A stretch of 63,612 nt of DNA, counting the filler, from Choristocarpus tenellus KU-1152 (taxonomy: Eukaryota; Protista; Phaeophyceae): the NCBI GenBank assembly GCA_964200185.2. It is 15 parts of 15 records of this genome, joined end to end, with 100 filler letters (N's around TTAATTAATTAA, not from the genome) between each part and the next. Parts side by side here need not be neighbours in the genome. Positions count along the whole stretch, not along the records: positions 50,260 to 53,638 come from CAXNAD020020429.1; positions 53,739 to 56,242 come from CAXNAD020027254.1; positions 56,343 to 59,356 come from CAXNAD020022933.1; positions 59,457 to 63,612 come from CAXNAD020015933.1; 11 more parts are not named here. One strand, written 5' to 3'. Below are positions 53,541-63,612 of this stretch, in pieces. The position numbers and the translations under genes are program-made. The notes below the pieces were generated by a model. The model was given only the letters and a program-made list of their open reading frames with translations. It ran no database searches and was not told the origin of the DNA. Position 1 is the first letter of the stretch; the number at the start of each line of letters is the position of its first letter.

Positions 53541-54665
53541 ATTTATGAGAATATGATTGGAAGTATTATTTTATATACGCACAGAAGATAATGCGAAACA
53601 TTCGGGATATTTAGGCGGGGTATTTGATCGGAAGAAACNNNNNNNNNNNNNNNNNNNNNNNNNNNNNNNNNNNNNNNNNNNNTTAATTAATTAANNNNNN
53701 NNNNNNNNNNNNNNNNNNNNNNNNNNNNNNNNNNNNNNCTCATAGTCCCGCTCCTCCCTCAATTTTGCGAATCCCCTGTTGAAGGAGGTAACTTCTAGAT
53801 TTTTGATTTTTGATTATGTTCTCCAACGTACACAACTCAGATTTATGACAGGAACGGCCACTGAGTTCTTGTTGGAAATTTGATTTGTATGCCACAAATC
53901 GGATTTGGTTTGTCCAACGCGTGAAACAGTTAGACATCACGATGGGTCTTGAGGCCCATTAACCTCCCACAATTTGATGTGAACATTTTCCTTTGTCATT
54001 GATTAACTGGGGGTGAGTGAGGTATTGATAAAGCGATGTATAACCTTAAATTATTGGTTAGTGGGATTATGATTGAGTGCACATTGGGATGTCAAATGGA
54101 ACCACATAACATGTTCACTACTTTTTTGTGGTCATAGGAGATCATGACTAAAATTTTGGTGGTCCGTAACATGCACAGGGGTTAACATGATTTTGCTAGA
54201 GTGTAAATTATATCTTCATGAATTGAGCTAATCACAAGCACAGATGCACTTTGCAGCATTTCTGTGTAACAATAATAGGTTGAGAAATCTATAGAAGTCA
54301 AGGAATCATAATATCCGAGAGGAGGGGTGGGAGTTTGACTGTATCGAGTTTAAAGGGTTTTTTTGACTTGTTTGAAAGAATGTGAAGCCATGTGAAAAAG
54401 GGAGGTTGATAAGGTTTTGAATAACTTGCTCCTGCAGAATATATGTACACGCAGAACAGACAAAACGTACTCCACCGGTGTGGACTGAGTGCCCCTCAAA
54501 AGATGCCACCAAAAAGTTCAGTAGGGGCACCTAAACTCTCCTCTCTTTATTGTCTACTCTAGGTTCAATGGATCCGACATCAAAACTATACTACATATGT
54601 AGTCTTTACGATGCACTCTCACGTCTCCTCCAGGAAGTCACTTGGGAAGAAACTCAACTTTCACA

Positions 54666-54925
54666 GAACTGAAGTATGTGGGTGGTACCCAAGTTTGGGT
54701 GGTTTTGCATTTTCTTCCACACTTTTCAATATTGCAATTCATCCATGTATGTTTCGATGGATGAAGTTCTCAGATTGACTTGAGAAGGCTGGTTTTCTAA
54801 TTTTGAAAATCTTGAACAGAATTAACCAAAACTACTGTACGCATGTGTACAGTAACCCGAATTTTGTACGTTTGTCAGCATCCTTAAAATGCAATTCTGT
54901 GTTTACCTCTTGTTCACTTTGGCTC
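54666..54925. mobile_element. MITE family C, diverged
   Basis: Shared body (GCAATTCATCCAT..GATGAAGTTCT..TTGACTTGAGA) and end TACCTCTTGTTCACTTTGGCTC. Confidence 0.8.
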
Positions 54926-56167
54926 GCACCAGTGCATTGGTACTTGTTTTCTCAATACAAGTTCTACACTTTGGTGATGGTGCGTGGGTAGTGAACATGC
55001 ATGGTGTCGAGTTCACTAAAGCTTACAGAACCAGGAAGTTTCACGAAGATTGATGATGGTGATAAGGATATGCTCAAGCGGTATTCACTCTATGTCTCTG
55101 CTCTCTGCTGTTACCTTTCGATCTCCTCCACCACTCATTCAGTGCGACTTGCACTGCAGATACAAGAATATTTATTTTCCATTGTGAAGTAGATGAACAA
55201 TGAAACTAGGAAATGTAGAGCGTCAAGCTGATGGACAGATCTCGATTCCTGGTCATCAGGAAGCTTCAAAGTCGGCCATCATCTCATTTATGCGATGATC
55301 CTTCTGCTGCATGACCCTCCAAGTGTCTCCCTCCTTTCTTCAATTCCCCAGCCCCACCACCACTTCTTTTGCCACTAGAGACAAAGTGTAAAGTCTGAAA
55401 ACAGTATTTCTATGTAACAGCTCTATTGGTACTAGTAGTAAGAAATCATTTTCTCTGTTTTCACTATGTTCATATTTTCTGTTACGGTTCGCTTCTACTC
55501 CCCATGGATGAACACGTATTGTTAAAACCTCAACCAATCCATTTGAAGAGGCACAGTGGGGAAAATCTAGCGGTGGCTGCTGTGCTGGCGACCCCCTTTT
55601 GTTAGCTTCAAGGGGCAGTCTGGGTGCTCATGGGCAGAGGTGAGAACCTCTTGCTCAAGCGACTGCCAGTGGGCGGACTCCTCCCCTCGGCTGTCGGACA
55701 GCCTTCGAATATATTCCCAGTCCAGTTCTTCTTCCTCTGACCATACATGTTCTTCTTCTCTTGCAGAAAGCCTTGGAAAGGGAGAGGGGTTGATGGGGGG
55801 AAATTCTCTGCCAAAGCAACATTGCAAGGAAGAGTTTATCGAGAGAAGAGTTGATCTAACAGATGATCTTCCAGTCATCGTACACTTACTTGCAACTAGT
55901 ACTTACGATGCATGAATTGTAGCACTATAGGAGTGAAAATAATGCTTCTTCTATTGTGCGTCAGTTCGAACAGTTTGCGATTCTGGAAAACTAGTACACT
56001 TACATAAAGCCCCTCACACACAGGCTCAATTATTGTAGTGACAAAGAGGTGTACAGAGTTTTTGGGGGGTAGCCTAAAATGCAATTTGGGAAGACCCCCA
56101 CAATTGAAATTGAAGCTGAAATGATAATCTTGTGCATTGGTAGCATGCCCTACAAATTGTTCAAACT

Positions 56168-56242
56168 GACCCAAAGTATCTGGGAGGGTGGGGGGGGGGG
56201 GGGGTCTACACCAGAACGGAAGAGGGGCGTGGAGGGAAAGAG
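56168..56242. mobile_element. MITE family B left fragment at contig end
   Basis: GACCCAAAGTATCTGGGAGGG...GGTCTACACCAG. Confidence 0.8.
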
Positions 56243-56399
56243 NNNNNNNNNNNNNNNNNNNNNNNNNNNNNNNNNNNNNNNNNNNNTTAATTAATTAANN
56301 NNNNNNNNNNNNNNNNNNNNNNNNNNNNNNNNNNNNNNNNNNAACCAGGCGACCCCCGACCCCGTCCGCCCTGCGCAGCCCCCCGGCCGCCGGGGGGTG

Positions 56400-56575
56400 C
56401 GGGGGGGGGGGGGGGGGGGAAGGGGTCTACACCAGGGTGTACATTTCGGGCATATCCAGGAAAAGTGCACTTACATTATCCATCGAACGTGTGCAACCAA
56501 ATCAAACATAAATCGCGACATGAAAAAATTGCCCCCAAATGGACAGCCGCCACCCCCCCCCAGATAATTTGAACT
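56400..56575. mobile_element. MITE family B fragment at contig start
   Basis: GGTCTACACCAGGGTGT...CCCCCAGATAATTTGAACT. Confidence 0.85.
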
Positions 56576-57070
56576 TGGTGCATGAGATCACTCTGGTCTT
56601 TCCCACACACTGGACAACTTATGAGACCAACACTGGTGGCCCATGTTTCAGAAAGGTGCTAGAGGTTGGTGTGAGAGGCATCAATTTTGTCAACGACGAA
56701 AAACTTCTCACAGACATCCGAGCTTGTCCCGAGGACAAATTCCCACGATACGACCATTTCACTGGGTTGCTGTCGATCTTGTGTAGTATTAAACCATATC
56801 CTGGGGATACTGATATGCTCTTTCAGCCATGTGCCAATCAATTGACATTATTTGCTTTTCTCATTCCCAATCGAGACAAGCAAGAAGTGACCATTCCCAA
56901 TGCATTGCTTGGAAGGATATTTTCACTACTTGGTATACCTGAAACTCTTCACTTCGAACAAGGTTCAGAATTTGAAAATAAATATGTTCTGAAAGTACAG
57001 TGTTAGGGTACCATAAACTCGTACCACACTCTAGAGACCACAGGGTAACTCTGTCTCAGAGCGTGTCTAT

Positions 57071-57329
57071 TAACCCAGAAAATTGAAGAGGGTAGAAATT
57101 TTGGCCTGTTTGTCCGTTCGTGGCTTGACTTCCCACAGGTTTCTTATGCCCTTTTTTCTGTTTTCGAAACACTTCGGATTGGTTTAATTGTGTAGGGCTA
57201 CGAAAGGTGTGTCCGGAACAAGGATAGTGACACTTGCTAACAAGCACTTTAGCCAAAATTCATCAAAGTCGCAACATTGGATTTTGTACCCCAAACGAAC
57301 GTGGCCCTACCCTCTAAATGCTTTGACTC
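57071..57329. mobile_element. MITE family A variant, TSD TAT
   Basis: tat|TAACCCAG...TACCCTCTAAATGCTTTGACTC|tat; removing it restores SERVYST. Confidence 0.88.
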
Positions 57330-57681
57330 TATTCCACTCTCTATACCAAATGTTATCCATTGGCAGTAACATAGCAGAGAATATTTAGGCCCCAACTACT
57401 CCATTCCTTCAACTTGCTCACAATACAGCGTACAGTACCATATGAAAAGATACCGGATTTCCTGTTTTTTGTTCACTAACCAACATTGCCTATATAAAGA
57501 GACTTCATTATTGCCCTATCCAAATCAACACTAACCTAATCTAGCCAATAGTTTTACTCAATCAACAACAGCTAAGAATTTATTGGTAGGTTTTGAATTT
57601 GCCCGACACAATCTGGGAGAATGGAATGCTAAATGAATTGCTAATAATATAACTCTTCCTTGTCCCATATTTCAAGTTGGA

Positions 57682-57946
57682 GAGTCAAATCATTTAAGAG
57701 GGATGAATTTTACCCTGTTCTGTTTGTCTGTTCGGGGCTTGACTTCCCAAGGGTTGTTTATGACCTTTTTCGGTTTTCTGTGTAAACACAGTTACCTAAA
57801 CTGTATACGACTGTGAAAGGTGTGTCCGGAACAAGGATATTAACAATTGCTATCAAACACAATATCCAAAATTCATCAAAATCGCAACATTGGATTTATG
57901 ACCCCGAACGGACTCGGCCTTACCCTCTTCTTGAGTGCTTTTGTTC
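57682..57946. mobile_element. MITE family A variant, TSD TGGA
   Basis: tgga|GAGTCAAATCATTTAAGAGGG...GTGCTTTTGTTC|tgga; removing it restores FQVGAEVLVH. Confidence 0.88.
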
Positions 57947-58352
57947 TGGAGCTGAAGTCTTGGTTCATCGTTCACGCATTGACCGTGGTGAACCTAACGC
58001 AAAATTGATTCACCACTGACACAGACCTTTTACAATATGATTGCCAAGATTTTCCCTGCGGTCTACTACTACGACCGAAAACAGGTGACAGCAAGTACAT
58101 TTCTGTCCCTTTGGCAAACTTGAAACACTATATTCCGAACATGCAACCATCTGAGCCTCTGACTTCTACTAGCTCAACAAGTTATTCCTTTGCCGTACTT
58201 TGTCTTCGCTGGACCTTGATGTGAGGTGTGACATCAACACACTACCCCACATATTTCAAAGTAAGGGGGCACTGCATGGAATCTCCTCCCTCAAGAACGT
58301 CAATTGCACCTTTTTGGTTGGGATTGAATTTGGAATTGCATCTTCCTTCTCA

Positions 58353-58609
58353 GACCCAAAACATTTTAGAGGTAGGCAGATTTGTACCCCTTCACATTCT
58401 AAGCCATCTATCTTACTCTGTCCAATACACTCTATTTCATTGCTTTATGTACACCGTAGTGTATGCAACATTGATATCCCCCCTTTCCACACACAAAGCG
58501 AACCACAATTAAGCAAAATCTCTTTTTCAATTATACAAAATAACGTATTTTTGTCCTTTCTCAGGACCCCTAAAATGTAACCCTGACTACCTCTCAATCG
58601 ATTTGGCTC
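58353..58609. mobile_element. Diverged MITE of the same clan (C-like)
   Basis: GACCCAAAACATTTTAGAGGTAG...CTACCTCTCAATCGATTTGGCTC, about 257 bp. Confidence 0.6.
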
Positions 58610-61600
58610 AAATTTGGTATCCGCGCAGTTTCTTTCAAAATAATGTATCTTACACCTGAGCCTGCTTGCGGTCCGATCCCCTTTTTAGACTCAAAAAGGT
58701 CTCGACCAGACCCTGCCGAAATTCCCTCGGTGCTGGTTCAATTCTTTCCAAAACATTCACTGAACCACCTCGCCACCTGGCCACATCACACTGGTGTACA
58801 GCTCTGGATAATACAGGCAAGTGCACAACCCGCAGTGCTTGCCATATTGATTTGGGAGGAAAAAAACAAATTTCCATGAAAAATAGTAATCGGCAATTTT
58901 TACGCTCTTACATTCATTTATTGTCTTCAAAGTGTTGAAGGTAAAAAATAAACAAAGTTTAACTCATCATAGATCGAAAGAGGCTGTTCCCAACCTGAAT
59001 TTTGCGTTTTTCTACATTATTTGTCGTATGGTATGCATCACATGGTGGGTTCTTGCGGCTGCTTGTTTCGCATTTCGTGTAAAATGCTGGTAAGAGAGGG
59101 CGCAACATGATGACCATCTCCTTTTTATTGCATATATGCTGGCACCAATCAGGATCGAAGAAGTCAAACAAGGCCCCAAGCGATGCGGTAATAACCAGAC
59201 CCCCATTCATATTCTCTTCTTTCGATATTTTTTAATTATTTTCTGAGTTTGGGTTAGGGTGGTCTAGGGTTAGGGTCAGGGTTAAAACAGCCGATTTCAA
59301 AAATTGATGATGGAGCTTTTCATTGAGGATGGGCTTGACCCAAAATTGACTGGGATNNNNNNNNNNNNNNNNNNNNNNNNNNNNNNNNNNNNNNNNNNNN
59401 TTAATTAATTAANNNNNNNNNNNNNNNNNNNNNNNNNNNNNNNNNNNNNNNNNNNNCAGACATGGAATTTCAAAAAAAATAAATGGGGGGGCAGGGGCGG
59501 GGGCGGGTGTGTGGGTGGGTTACCACACAAGCACATATAAATCAAACAACGCCTTCAACAACCATAGAGAATCAAAAACTGATCGACAGGCAGTCGACCA
59601 CTGGACCGTCACACCTTGAAGCATGCAGATATACTACTGAAAACGCATCACAAGTGACGTGGTTCTCCATTAGAATAGCACAACCAACACACAACATCAA
59701 AAAGGAGACAAGTTGTCACTGTGTCCCTGAACTGAACCAAGCTGTGTAAGATACTCGACATCCAGTGTGGTACATAGTGAGTACCACACCCGTGGCAGAT
59801 CTGCATCACAACTACCAATCAGTTAAGAGTCCAATCAACAACACTCAGCACTCCAGACGTGCTTACTACTCTACTCTTCCCAGAGGCCTGAATCAATCCT
59901 TCCGGTATTGAAGTCACCGGGTGACACAGATACCACCCTCATTGACAATCATATCATCAACCTGCACCATCGGCAGGTCATCAGTATCATAGCATCGCTT
60001 GGATACTCCCGAACTTGAATGGTTTACATAAGACACTGATTCCCCCCCCAGTAGAGGTTTCTGGTAACTTTGAAAGTAAAAACGGAGATGGGCAGTTAGT
60101 TTGCCAATGCCAATGAGAGTGACTGACCGCATTTCTGATAAAAAAACAAAACAAAAACAGAACAAGAACTCACCTACATACACCATTAAATACCAGGCAT
60201 CAGTATCATCTGAGTATCAGCCTGGCTAGCTTGACCCCCCCACCCAACCCCAACACATGGTCAGAGACACCAAAACACACACACCACACTGCTCACCATT
60301 AACTATTAAAACTATCAACTATCAATATCAGTACAAACTAACTGCTGCAGTATTAATACAACCGACCGCACCACACACAACTTTTCGTTTATATATATCT
60401 TGTGAATTAGGTTCAGCCACCCCACCAAGAAGAAGAAGAAGAAGAAGAAGAAGAAATCCTAACTTTTTTTTTTCCCTTCACCCTCGCAACGTTATCGACA
60501 GGAAGAGACAGGGCAGGACAGGACAGGAGGAAAAATAAATAAAAGGCATGTAACATTCCCACGTCCTTTTGCCATGTAGTCTATCCCCATCGAAACCAGA
60601 CCTCCTTCAAAATAACGCCCAACTTCCATCCGGGGTGTGACGTGCACCCACGCATTCTCTCGACAGAAATCGATAAGGTAAGACCTGGGACCCACCACTA
60701 AAAAACAAGAACGCTAACTAAACGATACGGTTTGTCCCAGTCGTAGCAGAACAGTATCGATACAATCCCGTCGTAATAACTGCTGTATGACATGGATATT
60801 CTCACATAACGGGATGACAACAAAAATTTGCCACTATTTTTTTTTTCAATTGGATCAGTCCTTACGGTCCATCACGTGACATCATTATTGAGAACGAAAT
60901 AAGTTCCATCCCCCCCCCCCCCACTTCTGTACAAAGGCCTGAATCTCCACAATCTCAAAGCAACAATTGATCTCGCTGACTTGACACAACCACAATCAGG
61001 AAAAAATAAATAAATAAATCCATCACCTATACTACTCTGCCTCCTTCATCCAGGAAAGACCCTCTCTTGCCCTAAGGTACACATTATACCTCTTCACGTC
61101 AAAAATTAATAGTCCCGTTGCAAAAAAAAGAGAACCGACCAATCATACGATAGATACCCTGCATGCCATGGTCTTTCTGTATGTTTGCAACAAAGAGATA
61201 CATCTACTCCTAACTTGTCCTCAACAGGACCTCATTTTCAAAGTGCCGATATGCCAACGGGTCAACTACCTTTCTCAAAAATTCTTTTCAACAAATCATA
61301 CATCCTATTGGACTAAATTAAGCATCACCTATCACCTATCACCTCTCTCTCTCTCTCTCTCTCATCAATGTAACAAATAACGCAACACACAACACACAAC
61401 ACACTACTGACACCTCCGTTCAACATGTCAACCCTCACACCATCTAACATCAACGCCACTCCATCCAACCCACCGCCTATCTATTACACACAATAACAAA
61501 ACTTCATCTAACACACTCATTTCTCAGCTTCAGTTCTTGTCCCAACATATGACCAAGAGAGAGAGAGAGAGAGAGAGAGAGAAGTAGATGGGTAGGGGGA

Positions 61601-61649
61601 AAATAACAAAAAAAGAGAAAAAAGAGTTAAATAAAAAATATGCACACAC

Positions 61650-62902
61650 CTGAAGGACGGCGAACCCTTGACTAGGCACTCCACTGGTACCTGTAACAAA
61701 CTGAAGGAGTCGCGCCCGCTGCTCCACCTTGAATTCCCCCAAAACTTCCCAGAACCATCGGATGACCTGATCACAACACAACAATCATCACAACAAAACA
61801 CCGTCACCTCGAGGCAGACACACTCAATCCAACGCCCTCTCCCCTAGAGCAAAAGAAAAAAGACTACACCCCCTGCAACCCCCCCCCCCCCCCCCCCTTT
61901 CCCGCCTAAAACTCCTCCGCCAACGCCTAATACAATACAAACAATAAACCTAATACTACCAAGAAAAGGCAGCACCTACTCCTCTCCGTTCCTGTTTCAC
62001 TACTGTTAAACCACAACCAACACCAACATCAACACCAAATAGGCCCCCGGAACACGACATCACCTCTAGACAACCAACTCTCTCAAGCACTCCTCCACCT
62101 TGCCTGCACACAACAGCCGATCCAAGTTCAACCTCTAACCAACTCACCTTGTGGTTTGCCCCCTTGCGTTCAAACTCCCCCACGTACTCTGTATGCCGCT
62201 GCCAATCCTCCAACTCTATGGTCGGCAGCCCACACATTAGCAACTCCAGCTCCTGCCCAAATTCGATTCCAATTACGTTACAGTTTCAACCAAAGAAAAA
62301 AAAATATATATTCTGCATCACACTACACATCCACATTACAGGAAAATCTGCCATACACCACTTACTTAGCCTTCGATAGTTTCATCATCATGATTTTTCT
62401 CTTCTTTCAAAGAAGTAACGATGCCGAATGAGGCGTTTGCTGTAATACTATATTTCAGTACCTGCTTCACCACACGCATCCTGTAATAATAATAATAATA
62501 GTTATGCAGTACTACAGAAAATACAGAAAAAATATCCTTCACCATCACTTCAAAACCTTTCTGTTGTTAATCTTTCCAAAAATTACAAAATCGAGATAAA
62601 TCCCCCCCCCCCCCCCCCAAACCCAAAGATGAGGAACAGGCACACACCAGAACAAAAGCATGAACACGCACCTGGAAATCAAACACAGAGAGCAACGCCT
62701 CCGGTATGACATCATAGAAACCCACGAGAAAGGCAGTGAGCTGGTCACGCATGCGCATTAGCAGTCTGTGCTTCATCACCAACTCCATGTACTCCCCCAG
62801 GTTGGCATTACACAGCTCTACGTTCTCTCCCCCTTTCTTGAGCTCTACAACATGGTTTTCCCCCAATCGATCCTCTGTAACAGTAAAGTCCAGAGCACAA
62901 AC
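61650..62902 (-). CDS. Three exons (62672-62902, 62148-62252, 61650-61766) of a NEDD4-like HECT E3 ubiquitin ligase
   Basis: All exons are phase 0 with AG/GT boundaries: [36 protein letters not shown]|[23 protein letters not shown]..|[32 protein letters not shown]. Confidence 0.95.
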
Positions 62903-63612
62903 CTTTCACCGACAAGGAGGAAGTGTGCGCGTGTGACATGGACGTAGCTAGACTTATGTAGCTTCTTTAGGGGTGGGGGAGTGCAGCAAGTAGGTGGTTG
63001 CGTGGTGCACCTAGGTATGTTTACGGAGTAATACTGCAACTATAACTACAGCTACAAATAATAATAATTTTGCGACTGGTGTAGGGAAAAATGACCTGAC
63101 AAGACCTGACACATGCATTATTAAACAGAGATTATTATTGTTCTGATTTGTAGCAATTTGTTTCTTACTCAGTTATGTAGCCTTTTCACACACCCTAAAC
63201 CTACAGCTTCAATATAACAAACCTAACCCCATATCCCCCCCCCCCAAAAGATAATATATATATATATACAAAAAGAGCTGTTCTAAATCTTCCATTTCAA
63301 ACAGATACTACAACAGAATCAGAACTCCAACAATGCTTCTTGTTTGTACCTCCTGGGATTTAGCATGTACCCTACAGCAACAGAAGTAATAATAACAGTG
63401 CCAATAATAACCCCAAACCACTAAGCAAAACTTCATAAATGTTACAAAGAATTAAAAATTCTCCCTGAATACAGTAGTAGCCCATAACCATCCCTTCAAA
63501 TTCATTGTTACAAAAAAAAGGCATGGGGGAGAGAGAAAAACTCCCAACTAAGCACATGGGAGGTCACAATATTCAATGCATCTGTACTGCACACACACCG
63601 TATGGTGGGGGG

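Larger units (their letters stand above)
56580..58060 (+). pseudogene. Ty3/gypsy integrase remnant split by two MITE A insertions
   Basis: HWWPMFQKGARGWCERHQFCQRRK, GIPETLHFEQGSEFEN, RPQGNSVSERV, FLQLAHNTAYS, FQVG|AEVLVH..PNAKL (GPY/F-like module). Confidence 0.9.

Noticed and set aside
4445-59456. Regularly recurring TTAATTAATTAA motif and apparent gene neighbourhoods such as rhomboid next to DLEC1
   Set aside because: These are artificial linkers, so order across them is not biological.
1-63612. Fanzor/TnpB, Cas, viral or other intact novel multi-gene system
   Set aside because: No ORF exceeds 175 aa and I see no RuvC, capsid or polymerase motifs. All recognisable TE coding regions are disrupted.

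Overview
This is eukaryotic nuclear DNA and not one continuous locus. Fifteen short contigs are joined by 14 artificial 100-nt linkers (N44-TTAATTAATTAA-N44), so adjacency across linkers carries no meaning. GT-AG introns, degenerate TTAGGG tracts, a flagellar gene and the transposon content suggest a stramenopile, most likely a brown alga (inference). Supportable content: partial spliced genes (coiled-coil protein, PAPVT-repeat/Cys-rich protein, NAPE-PLD-like metallo-beta-lactamase exon, RHBDD1/RBL14-15-type rhomboid, DLEC1/FAP81, NEDD4-like HECT ligase); three tRNA genes (Ser-GCT, Met-CAT, Leu-CAG); and decayed transposons (DD40D plant-type mariner, RLE/CRE-type LINE 3' ends, Ty3/gypsy RNase H-integrase). 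The most distinctive structure is a dense clan of three MITE families (about 26 copies or fragments, roughly 8% of the window by my estimate) that share GAx(C/T)CAAAGTA-type ends and show mixed 3- and 4-bp target duplications. A LINE fragment abutting the tRNA-Ser gene and a possible SET-like relic inside the HECT gene also deserve checking. I found no intact new multi-gene system, CRISPR array or Fanzor/TnpB ORF.
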